Below are positions 1-8,377 of a stretch of 41,403 nucleotides of DNA, one piece after another (within the stretch, counting starts at the first letter, position 1; each line of letters begins with the position of its first letter). A program made the position numbers and the translations under genes. The notes beneath the pieces are model-generated. The model did no database searches, was not told where the DNA came from, and was given only the letters and a program-made list of their open reading frames with translations. The stretch comes from a virus (lineage: Duplodnaviria; Caudoviricetes). The stretch is taken from positions 1 to 41,403 of IMG/VR virus record IMGVR_UViG_3300012808_000018. One strand, 5' to 3'.

Positions 1-1242
1 ATGGCCAAATCACAACTTTCACAGAACATGTTCACTTTTAAAACAACTTTGTTTTTCCATAAGCATGCCGTTCACAAGACAAACGGTACCGTTTCTATCT
101 ATCTCCGCTTGTATGTGTCCTCCCCCGGTCAGTACGAAGAGGACCACGTACCGCTAAAAATACGTTGGGATCATGATAAAATTGATCGAGAGGCATGCCA
201 ACTTCTTCCCAGGTTCAAGGGCGATACTGACGTGAATGATTACAACATGGTGATCATGACCGAAAGAGGAAAACTCAACAACATCGCCAAAGTGTACAGA
301 CTTCGCGAGAAGCTGCTCACCATGAATAGCCTGAAACGGGAATTACGGTACCTGGATAAAAGACGGTCACTTGTTGCATATATGCTAGAGCGTCGAAAGG
401 AACTTTACAACAAGCGAGAGATCTCAGAACAGACAAGTAAGAATTACGGAAATACAATAAATAAAGTCGAGAGGTTCAATGCAGATACCCGGTTCGATGA
501 AATAAACCACGCATGGATGAAAGACTTCCGTGGACATCTGAAAAAATTGGATCTCAAGCCTAATACCATCTGGACGACTATAAAGGACGTAAAATCTTTT
601 CTACGAATTGCGAATGAAGAAGCGATGATATACGTCGACCAAGATGCCATTGACTTTGAGAATAAATATACCAAAACACCTACGACGTTCCTGAACCGGG
701 TGGAACTTAACCGACTGATCAATCTACCGAAAACATATCCGCTTTCCGAGATAGAATCTGTGGTGCATCGCGCATTTCTCTTTTCCTGCTTTACTTCACT
801 GCGGATTTCGGACATTTACGCCGCCAATAAAAGCTGGATGCTTTCGGACAACTTTTTACTTTTTACCATGCGCAAAAACATACAGCGAGCGCCAAAAACT
901 ATCAAGATTCCTATAATCCCTATTGCGAAGAAACTTATTAATGAGTCGCTCAACCAATTTTTCACACTCCCGACTCAGCAAGAATACAATAGGACATTGA
1001 AAGACCTAGCTGCAAAATCGAATATTACAAAACGCTTAACATCACACGTGGGTCGGCACACATTTGGCTACCTATTTATGACCAGTGTCGGCGATCTGTA
1101 CGCATTAAAGGATATTCTAGGCCATTCGCGGATAGACACGACCGAAAGATACGCGCACATCGACGAAGAATACAAGCTGGAGCAGGCAATGAAAATACAA
1201 GAAGGTCTAGCCGAATTTTCGAGATCGGGATTCCTTGGCTAA
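1..1242 (+). CDS. int: Tyrosine recombinase / phage integrase
   Basis: Catalytic motifs SLRISD (R), SHVGRHT (HxxR), LGHS (H), TERYAH (Y); N-terminal arm-binding-like segment GTVSIYLRLYV. True start may be the ATG at 28. Confidence 0.95.
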   Translation: MAKSQLSQNMFTFKTTLFFHKHAVHKTNGTVSIYLRLYVSSPGQYEEDHVPLKIRWDHDKIDREACQLLPRFKGDTDVNDYNMVIMTERGKLNNIAKVYRLREKLLTMNSLKRELRYLDKRRSLVAYMLERRKELYNKREISEQTSKNYGNTINKVERFNADTRFDEINHAWMKDFRGHLKKLDLKPNTIWTTIKDVKSFLRIANEEAMIYVDQDAIDFENKYTKTPTTFLNRVELNRLINLPKTYPLSEIESVVHRAFLFSCFTSLRISDIYAANKSWMLSDNFLLFTMRKNIQRAPKTIKIPIIPIAKKLINESLNQFFTLPTQQEYNRTLKDLAAKSNITKRLTSHVGRHTFGYLFMTSVGDLYALKDILGHSRIDTTERYAHIDEEYKLEQAMKIQEGLAEFSRSGFLG

Positions 1243-1255
1243 GGTTCTTAAAAAT

Positions 1256-1336
1256 TGTTACAAACGATACAAACGCCGCTCAAATTGTTTTAAGCGGCGT
1301 TTTTTGTGGCAATTGCCGTTTGTATCGCTTGGAACG
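1256..1336. repeat. Left cluster of four 9-bp iteron-like repeats (YGWTMCWAA), two forward and two inverted
   Basis: tgttacaaa 1256-1264, cgatacaaa 1265-1273, tttgtatcg 1319-1327, cttggaacg 1328-1336; the 16-mer tacaaacgatacaaac (1259-1274) is identical to 28999-29014. Confidence 0.75.
1271..1305 (+). terminator. Intrinsic terminator after the integrase (may be bidirectional)
   Basis: aaacgccgct-loop-agcggcgttttt stem with T-run, between convergent genes. Confidence 0.75.
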
Positions 1337-1340
1337 GGCG

Positions 1341-1760
1341 CTATATTTCTATTGCGTTCACTACCGCATTAAGATTTGCTCTCATCACTTCATCAGCCAA
1401 CTTAGGCACTTCTCGGTCTAACACTGGACTAAGCCACCTTTTTGCAAGCCGATTTCCGCGGTTCATTTTGCCCAGTGATCTTTGATTGGTTTTCTTACGC
1501 TGCCCGCTCGAAGTTACCCAGCTGGAACCTTTGCTACCGCCCATTCCGCGACCTGCTCCTTTGTGTACAAAAATAAGGTGTCGCATAAACTTGAACCCAA
1601 TTCGCTCGATATCGCCATATCTACGTCCGTAACTGATCTTTATCGAATCCAGTCCATCCCCACTGCGATGACGGGAGTTGATCATCCCCATGTAACTTGC
1701 TTTAATACTGGATAGGGTGTTACCACCCCATCTTTTCATTATTTCGTTTGCTTCTGCCAT
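1341..1760 (-). CDS. Putative neck / tail-completion protein (HK97 gp10-like)
   Basis: 139 aa, basic and Gly-rich, C-terminal AKRWLSPVL motif typical of neck proteins; 2 nt downstream of the tape measure gene. Confidence 0.5.
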   Translation of the reverse strand: MAEANEIMKRWGGNTLSSIKASYMGMINSRHRSGDGLDSIKISYGRRYGDIERIGFKFMRHLIFVHKGAGRGMGGSKGSSWVTSSGQRKKTNQRSLGKMNRGNRLAKRWLSPVLDREVPKLADEVMRANLNAVVNAIEI

Positions 1761-1762
1761 TT

Positions 1763-4700
1763 CTATGCTGTTGCCTTGGTTAGAATCCTAGCTTTCCTTT
1801 CCTGCGCATCCTCGATGTCCTGTAGTGGTATATAAACTTTCTTATCTGCAGCTTTGTTGTATGCTGCAATCATTTCGATCATCAGCCCTTCCATACGGCT
1901 ATTATCCACGATCTGGTTGACGATTGTCTGGGATGGCATCAATGACTGCACCTGGTTCTCTCTTCCGCTCTCCATCATGCCAACAAAATCGGCCACTACA
2001 GGATTGCGAAGCTGTTCACTGGACACAACATATTCCGGCATACTGTTCTCGCCTGCAGAAAACTGTTTTCCGGTGGCACCTGTAAATATAGTTGGCTTTC
2101 TGACCCATCCTTTTGGGTCGTCCGTAAATCCACCGTGAAAAAACTGTGGCGCCTTTGTCGCTGCTATCACTCCCATCTGTAGTACGCCTGCAGCGCCTAC
2201 GGCTGCAGCGTTGATCCAATTGAGAGGAGGGGGAGATGATGCGAGCGCTCGAGTTACTCCCAACGCCATGTTGATCCCGGCCTGCAAGAGATCTGCATTT
2301 TTTTGCGCCTTCCATGCTTTAAGCTTTTCTGCACGCTCCAATCGATCATAGCGTTCGTTTATAGACTTTTTCTGCGCTTCGGTAAGGTTCTTATTGGAAA
2401 GTTCGCTTTCGCGTTGTCTCTGGAATGATGCTAAAGCAGCCTGCATCTCCGCATCTCTATTGTTAGCTCCAATGGTAAAAAGAGCGTCCGATACATCCTG
2501 GGCGGCATTGATAGCAACCTCTTTTTTCGTTTTGTTAAGATCCCTGTCCTTTTTTTGGTTGTACTCATTTTTCTTAGCGTCACGTTCCGCCTCGAGCGCA
2601 TCCATAAGCGCGTAGAACTCTACTGTATCCTGATACTCTGTCGCGAACTTATCGAGCAACTTCTGCCGTTCTGCTTCATACCAGACATCGATCTGCCCCA
2701 GTTCACGCTGCTTGTCCGAGGCCACGAGCGCAGCGGTACGATCCTTGATATCTTTCGTTTCCTTCTCTATTCGCTCACGCTCGTGAATTTCTGCATTTGC
2801 CAGATCACTGGCTTCATCCTTTTGTAACTGCGCGAGTACCTCCGCATTTCCGGAGAATCTTTTCCGCTGCTCTTTGTAAAAAGCCTCTATCCGATTTTTC
2901 TCCTTCTGGAGTTCCGACGCGTGCTTGTTCCCCAGCTGCACTCTCAGTTCTTCTACCAGTTCCGTAGATTCACGTTCAAGCTCAACGCGCTTAGCAGCGA
3001 CAGCTGCTTCTTTTTGGGTATTTAAATCAGAGATGGTCGACTTGGCGTCAGTTACCTGTTGTTTGGTTGCGCCTTTTTTCTCAAATTCTTCCAAAAACTT
3101 CTCCCGCGCACTGATCAGCTTATCGTACTTCGCCTCCTCCTGCGCAATTTCTTTTCGGAAATATTCTTCTTTATCGATCAGCTGCTGCGCAGCGAACAAC
3201 TTCTCGTCATTCAGTAGTTTTTTGGCAAGTTCGGTTGCCCGCTCCTGCGCGCGCTCCTCATCTGTTTTCGGAGTCTTTTTTGTTTTGTCCTTGGTAGGAT
3301 ATTTCTTGGTCAGCGCAGCCAGTCGAGCATTCAATTTATCGAACCAAACCTGCGCCTCCTGGTGAGCGTCTTCGGAATACGATTTATCGTTCAGCACATC
3401 CTTTAAAAGCTTGATATGCTTTCGCACTTCGTCAACAGGGCCCGTCATCGCGGCACTGGCATTTGAAGCGAACGTATAAAGAGCTGCAGCCGACTTGGGT
3501 GCCGTACCGTTGATCCCGTCAAAATAGGTTATGATATCGCGCATCGGCTTGGTAAGGGTCTGGCCGTAGACGTCGCGTAAGGCAACAGCTGCGTCATATG
3601 CCTGACCGAGTGCCAAGGTGTTTTGATCGCCGGCGCGTTTGATACGCTCGGCATGGTTGATGGCCAGCTCCGAATCCTTTGCTACTTTTCCAGAATCGAT
3701 AAAATCACGGGATTTCCGCATCTGTTTCTGCCAGGCATCGGCAAGGCGCATGTTTTCGGCAAAAGTTTTACCGATCTCCTGAATGTTGTCTCGCTCCCTG
3801 ATCTCGAAGAGCTCTCGCTGCTTTTTGGTAAAATCTTCGACCTTGGCTCTATTTATGTCAATAGCTCGTCCATATTTATCCCATTCGCTGACTGCTGCAG
3901 GAATAAGGACGGATAGATCCTGGATTGTTTTGTTCAGCCGCTCCTGTTCCTCCTTGGAGAGGTTTGTCCTTCCCTTCAGATCGTCATAGGTAGACATCAG
4001 CGTTCCGACCTCGCTATCGAACGCCCTCATTTCAGATCTTTGCTGGCGGTAACTGTCCGTTGTGCGCTGCAGGGACGAATCGACTCCGTTCAACTTATCG
4101 ACTAACCCGATCATGTTCGCAGTAACATCAGTCAGCCATGCCCGGACAGTACTGTTTTCCCACATCTGATCCCACTTGTTCTTAAGTTTATCAAGGTTGG
4201 CCTGCAGATTGGTATTGACCGTATTGAACTCCGCTATCACGGAAGTTCCCTTGTTGAACTCTTCCGTGGCCAGCGCTTGGCTCGCGCGGAGTCCGTCGGT
4301 GTTGTTGGCCAGTGCACTAAGAGCCTGAACGGCTCCGGATTCCTTTATCTCCAGTGCCTGCATACTGGAGGCCAGCCCCTCGATCCCCCCAGTAAGCGAC
4401 CGGGATTTTTCCAGCACCATGATAAATGCCTCGTTGGCGTCCTTAGCCAGTATGTCGCTAAACTCTTTGGTGGTAACACCCGCGATCTTGGCGAACTTTG
4501 GAAGATCCGTACCCATTTCAACAAGAAACTTGCCGATCGCAGTCGAGCTCGTCTCCATACTTTGCCCCAGTTCGTCGAGCTTAGCGCCCAAGCCCAATAC
4601 ATTGGCTGCGGAAATATCAGCAGATGGAGCAAGTCCGGCAAGTCGTTTGGCAAAGTCGATCATTTTTTCTTCGTTCGCCGTTCCCGATGCCCCAAGGGTG

Positions 4701-5377
4701 TTTATTGTAGACCCCAGTTTTAAGAGAGCGTCAGAAATCCCATATTGATCCTCGATTTTAAAGATCTCTGCCAGCTTGCCCAAAGTATTTATTGCCTGTT
4801 CGGTGCCGCCAAGGTCTTCGCCAAGGGCAACACCTATCATATCGGCAGCCTTCACGAAGTCCTCGACATCTTTTTTTGCAGAAATCCCCAATTTACCGGC
4901 AACGAAAGCAAGGTTCAACAGTTCTCCGCTTGCTGTCCTGGTATCGATGCGCTTGAACGATTCGTTCATTGCATTGACCTCGACTTCGGTGAGACCGGTA
5001 GATTTCATTACTGCAGCGTAGCTATCGCTGAGCTCGGCATTTTGCGAGATGATTCGCTGTCCTGCAGCCAAAAGTGTCTCGCCGATCTTGGATATAGTGA
5101 AAAGGCCTGCAGCAGACTTCACCAACTGGCCCATCTCGCCTTTAAGAAAGCCAAAAGACTCGCTTACGCCGTTTATGTCATCAGTTATGGCTCTGATCCG
5201 CTCGTTTACCTTGCGCAATTCTTCCGATTTCCGGATGAAATCTTCGGTTTCCGGTTCAAGCCTAGCCAGCTCATTGGTCAGCTGACGGGATGTTTGACGG
5301 AGTGATTTTAACGTATTTTCAACCGCTCGGCCATCCACATAAATGGTGACGTACCTGTTTTCTGTATTTCCTGCCAT
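1763..5377 (-). CDS. Phage tail tape measure protein
   Basis: 1204 aa, helical/coiled-coil; TP901-type core (LAFVAGKLGI...FAKRLAG...FAKIAG); C-terminal GGFT...AGE..PEYVV motif. Confidence 0.93.
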   Translation of the reverse strand: MAGNTENRYVTIYVDGRAVENTLKSLRQTSRQLTNELARLEPETEDFIRKSEELRKVNERIRAITDDINGVSESFGFLKGEMGQLVKSAAGLFTISKIGETLLAAGQRIISQNAELSDSYAAVMKSTGLTEVEVNAMNESFKRIDTRTASGELLNLAFVAGKLGISAKKDVEDFVKAADMIGVALGEDLGGTEQAINTLGKLAEIFKIEDQYGISDALLKLGSTINTLGASGTANEEKMIDFAKRLAGLAPSADISAANVLGLGAKLDELGQSMETSSTAIGKFLVEMGTDLPKFAKIAGVTTKEFSDILAKDANEAFIMVLEKSRSLTGGIEGLASSMQALEIKESGAVQALSALANNTDGLRASQALATEEFNKGTSVIAEFNTVNTNLQANLDKLKNKWDQMWENSTVRAWLTDVTANMIGLVDKLNGVDSSLQRTTDSYRQQRSEMRAFDSEVGTLMSTYDDLKGRTNLSKEEQERLNKTIQDLSVLIPAAVSEWDKYGRAIDINRAKVEDFTKKQRELFEIRERDNIQEIGKTFAENMRLADAWQKQMRKSRDFIDSGKVAKDSELAINHAERIKRAGDQNTLALGQAYDAAVALRDVYGQTLTKPMRDIITYFDGINGTAPKSAAALYTFASNASAAMTGPVDEVRKHIKLLKDVLNDKSYSEDAHQEAQVWFDKLNARLAALTKKYPTKDKTKKTPKTDEERAQERATELAKKLLNDEKLFAAQQLIDKEEYFRKEIAQEEAKYDKLISAREKFLEEFEKKGATKQQVTDAKSTISDLNTQKEAAVAAKRVELERESTELVEELRVQLGNKHASELQKEKNRIEAFYKEQRKRFSGNAEVLAQLQKDEASDLANAEIHERERIEKETKDIKDRTAALVASDKQRELGQIDVWYEAERQKLLDKFATEYQDTVEFYALMDALEAERDAKKNEYNQKKDRDLNKTKKEVAINAAQDVSDALFTIGANNRDAEMQAALASFQRQRESELSNKNLTEAQKKSINERYDRLERAEKLKAWKAQKNADLLQAGINMALGVTRALASSPPPLNWINAAAVGAAGVLQMGVIAATKAPQFFHGGFTDDPKGWVRKPTIFTGATGKQFSAGENSMPEYVVSSEQLRNPVVADFVGMMESGRENQVQSLMPSQTIVNQIVDNSRMEGLMIEMIAAYNKAADKKVYIPLQDIEDAQERKARILTKATA

Positions 5378-5381
5378 GGTA

Positions 5382-5416
5382 CGAAAGTCCGGACAGAATT
5401 TACCAAGGAAACGACA
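5382..5416 (-). promoter_or_regulatory. Putative late promoter (TGTCGTTT-N19-GACTTTCG), 4 nt before the tape measure ATG
   Basis: One of six copies of the same motif with conserved spacing upstream of late genes. Confidence 0.7.
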
Positions 5417-5428
5417 CGAACCTAAACG

Positions 5429-5452
5429 AAAAAAGCCGGCTTTAAGCCGGCT
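5429..5452 (-). terminator. Intrinsic terminator
   Basis: Minus strand reads agccggc-ttaaa-gccggc-tttttt, just after the 681-aa gene. Confidence 0.75.
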
Positions 5453-5464
5453 AGATCAATGATT

Positions 5465-7510
5465 TTAAACCCTCAAGGTCCACTTATTTTTAAACCAAAC
5501 GTAATTCCCAATGACAACAAATTCTTTATCGGGAGCGGATAGGTACGGATACTGTTTATATCGATCATATCTACCCTGAGCGAACCATTGCAGATATTCT
5601 CCGGCATCGTGGGCCGTTCCGTTGGCCACTCCTGATATTGTGCTGGTTCCGATCTGCTCTTTCATGTCCTCTGTATATTTTTGCAGTTCGATGTTATATG
5701 GCAAATTGACCACCGATACTGCGAATGCCCCACCCTCATCGGAATAGAAACGGATCGTGAGATCATTCGTCCATCCCGTCATAAAGCCATCATCATCGGT
5801 TTCCGTTCTGATCTTTCTAGTAAACAGCTTGGCAAATATTTTTCCTTCCGGGGTTGACAGCTCTGCTTCACCAACTACTACCTGGATATTCTGGGCTCCC
5901 CCTAAAATGGCGTAGTTGGGATAACATGTTATCTTACCAATAATACTTTTCTTACTTCCATTTTCCCGAGGTTCAAATACGACTTTATCCAGTAGAGCAG
6001 CAACCTTCGCCCGATTTCTATCGGCTATGACAATCTTCTGCAGGGGAGAAAGGCCAAAGAACTGAAAAACGTTCATCTCCGCATTTACTGTTACTTTTTC
6101 TGATAGACAATAAAATTGGTAGTAAGGTAACGTTATCTGGTTGATTATCCCTGCTACCCCACCCTGATCCAGGGATTGAGTGTAGGATATACCACCGTTA
6201 CCTATGTTGTTACCGGTAGCAAATGGCATTTTATAAATTGGGTTCACCCGAATTTCTTGCACTCCTTTATAAGAGAGAAACCGAAAAGAGAAACCGTTTT
6301 TATTGTAGACATTTGCTCCATTGTAAACGGAATCATTTTCTTTGTAAAACTCGCTATAGATATTTCCAGATTGCTGTGCAACTGGCATAACAACATCCAC
6401 CATTCCTTTAAACTGTGTTCCGCTAGTGAACGGTTTTCCGAAAGTAAGGGTTAAATCCTTTGATCTACTGACGTCATACCCAACTATTACAGAGAGTTCG
6501 TACTTTACCGTCTTATATAACTCGTCCGAATCGTCAATTTTCGTGATCAGTTTAAACGCTGTTTCGGCTTGTTGCTTGATCTGGAGAGAATCATCGTGTA
6601 GGCTATCACTCACGTCGATCTGGTCCCATTTATTGATCACGTCCGGAGCAAACTCAAAATATGCAATCTTGTCAAGGGAATCAAAGTATATCATTACCCG
6701 ATGGTCGTTCCGGATCCCCTTAAGATATTGCGCAATAGTGTCTCCAGGAAGATGATACGAGGGAGATACCTTTTGGTCAGCCTTGAAGTCCGAGCCCGTT
6801 CGTATCCCGGTGTTGTAGATAACAATGCTCTTGATAAATTCATCCTCTAGATAGCTGCCCTTCGCCTCATATCCTAGGAATGAGCATACCTCCCGGATCA
6901 GCCACGTATGGTAAAAGAAAGGGGTGTAAAAGAGATCATCGGTGACCGAGGCCATATTGGAAAAATCATTTACCGCCTGCCATTTCTCCTCCGTCTCCTG
7001 TCCGAGTATGCGCGTATTCTTAAGCGTCGGCCAGCAAAAGCCAAGGTTATCTGCAGGGAGGTTTTCGGCAAGCATACTTGCAACGGCCTCACTGGAGTTA
7101 CTGCCCAGCGAAATTGTCTTAAATATGATCTTGCCGTTTTCCCTGGTCAAAAATACCTCCGGCAAAGTCAGCTCCCGAAGTTTTTCGGCCACCGTACCAT
7201 TGTCCACCGTCAGGGATCCTTCGTATCCGGAGCGCGAAACATCGAACTCCAACTGCGCACCCTTCCAGCTCATTCCGTGCAGGACAATAGTTACATTTCG
7301 GCGCACGCGGGCGGCCCGGTTCTCCAGATGGTGCGCGTGTCCAAAGTATGCAATATTCTTTGGCGTTAAGGGGAAAGTAACGGGATAGACGAAGCTTCCG
7401 GAGAAAACGGCCTCCTCGTTAAAGGTAGTGGCCACAAATTCGGCAGTCAGCCTTGAGTTCGGGGAAACGTCAAGGCTGATCCCGTCACCGATGATCTCAA
7501 ATGCACTCAT
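5465..7510 (-). CDS. Putative tail tip / baseplate hub protein
   Basis: 681 aa, beta-rich; N-terminal 'GSFVYPVTFPLTPKN' resembles siphovirus tail-tip proteins; located in the tail module. Confidence 0.55.
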   Translation of the reverse strand: MSAFEIIGDGISLDVSPNSRLTAEFVATTFNEEAVFSGSFVYPVTFPLTPKNIAYFGHAHHLENRAARVRRNVTIVLHGMSWKGAQLEFDVSRSGYEGSLTVDNGTVAEKLRELTLPEVFLTRENGKIIFKTISLGSNSSEAVASMLAENLPADNLGFCWPTLKNTRILGQETEEKWQAVNDFSNMASVTDDLFYTPFFYHTWLIREVCSFLGYEAKGSYLEDEFIKSIVIYNTGIRTGSDFKADQKVSPSYHLPGDTIAQYLKGIRNDHRVMIYFDSLDKIAYFEFAPDVINKWDQIDVSDSLHDDSLQIKQQAETAFKLITKIDDSDELYKTVKYELSVIVGYDVSRSKDLTLTFGKPFTSGTQFKGMVDVVMPVAQQSGNIYSEFYKENDSVYNGANVYNKNGFSFRFLSYKGVQEIRVNPIYKMPFATGNNIGNGGISYTQSLDQGGVAGIINQITLPYYQFYCLSEKVTVNAEMNVFQFFGLSPLQKIVIADRNRAKVAALLDKVVFEPRENGSKKSIIGKITCYPNYAILGGAQNIQVVVGEAELSTPEGKIFAKLFTRKIRTETDDDGFMTGWTNDLTIRFYSDEGGAFAVSVVNLPYNIELQKYTEDMKEQIGTSTISGVANGTAHDAGEYLQWFAQGRYDRYKQYPYLSAPDKEFVVIGNYVWFKNKWTLRV

Positions 7511-8035
7511 TTAATTGATGTAAGTTGCTACTTTATAGATTTGGTTCTTCAGTCGGCGCTTGCGGTAAACGCCATCACCCTCCCGGCTGCCGGCACCATT
7601 GGTATTTCCCTCGACGGTGATGGTGTAACTTCCGGACTGCCACTGATCGATGAACCCCACGTGTCCGATCCTTTTAAGATTGGAATAGTAAATCCCGAAT
7701 ACATCTGCAGTCTGCGGAATTCCCTGCAGGGAATTTTTGCCGTGCTGATAGATGAGCCGGCTGGTAGGGAGCAGTGCCGGCGACCATGCATTTTTCGGAT
7801 TGGGAACATCTGCCTGGCCAAGCGTCCAACACACGAAGCTCGCACACCAAGCATAGCCTTTACCAAGGCCTGTGTACCGGAGGTAGCTTTCCACCTCGAT
7901 ACCGTCATTCTTTCCGGTTTTCTCGCGGACATGCAGCTGGCTGTCGTAAATGTATTTTACAAGCTGCCGCTTGGACGGTTGAGCTTGTGCCGACCAACTG
8001 GCCAGCACAAGCAATAAAACTACAACACCGCGCAT
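7511..8035 (-). CDS. CHAP/NlpC-P60-family peptidoglycan hydrolase with signal peptide (endolysin candidate)
   Basis: AWCASFV (catalytic Cys), GHVGFI (His), VEGN; N-terminal signal peptide MRGVVVLLLVLASWSAQA. Confidence 0.85.
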   Translation of the reverse strand: MRGVVVLLLVLASWSAQAQPSKRQLVKYIYDSQLHVREKTGKNDGIEVESYLRYTGLGKGYAWCASFVCWTLGQADVPNPKNAWSPALLPTSRLIYQHGKNSLQGIPQTADVFGIYYSNLKRIGHVGFIDQWQSGSYTITVEGNTNGAGSREGDGVYRKRRLKNQIYKVATYIN

Positions 8036-8376
8036 GTGAGAATGACGAAGGAGATAAAGATGATAAAGTACACCGCCAGAGAAATAGGTACTTTCTTTTC
8101 GGGCGAAAGCCTCTTGAAGTCATCCTTGAAAAAGCCAGTCCTGAAGTAATGGCCAATGTCCGGCCATATCGTTTTGACCACTGACCAGGTGCAGGCCTGG
8201 AACACAGAAAAGGCAAAGCACACCACCACGATCGTGTGCAGGATGCCGGCATCAAAAGAAGCAGCTGTGGGGTCAACACTGCGCAGCGCATAGGGCGCCG
8301 CAAAAAAGAGTACTAGCAGCATGACTATCATGCTGTTTTCCTGGATCCATTTTTTGATTTTGTTATTCATGTTCAT
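8020..8376 (-). CDS. Membrane protein with 3 predicted TM helices (holin candidate)
   Basis: 118 aa with three hydrophobic segments; overlaps the CHAP gene start. Confidence 0.6.
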   Translation of the reverse strand: MNMNNKIKKWIQENSMIVMLLVLFFAAPYALRSVDPTAASFDAGILHTIVVVCFAFSVFQACTWSVVKTIWPDIGHYFRTGFFKDDFKRLSPEKKVPISLAVYFIIFISFVILTCAVL

Positions 8377-8377
8377 T

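Noticed and set aside
1243-1340. attL/attR core immediately downstream of int
   Set aside because: Phage structural genes continue directly beyond it, and no tRNA fragment or matching repeat is visible at the other end of the window; att sites are probably outside
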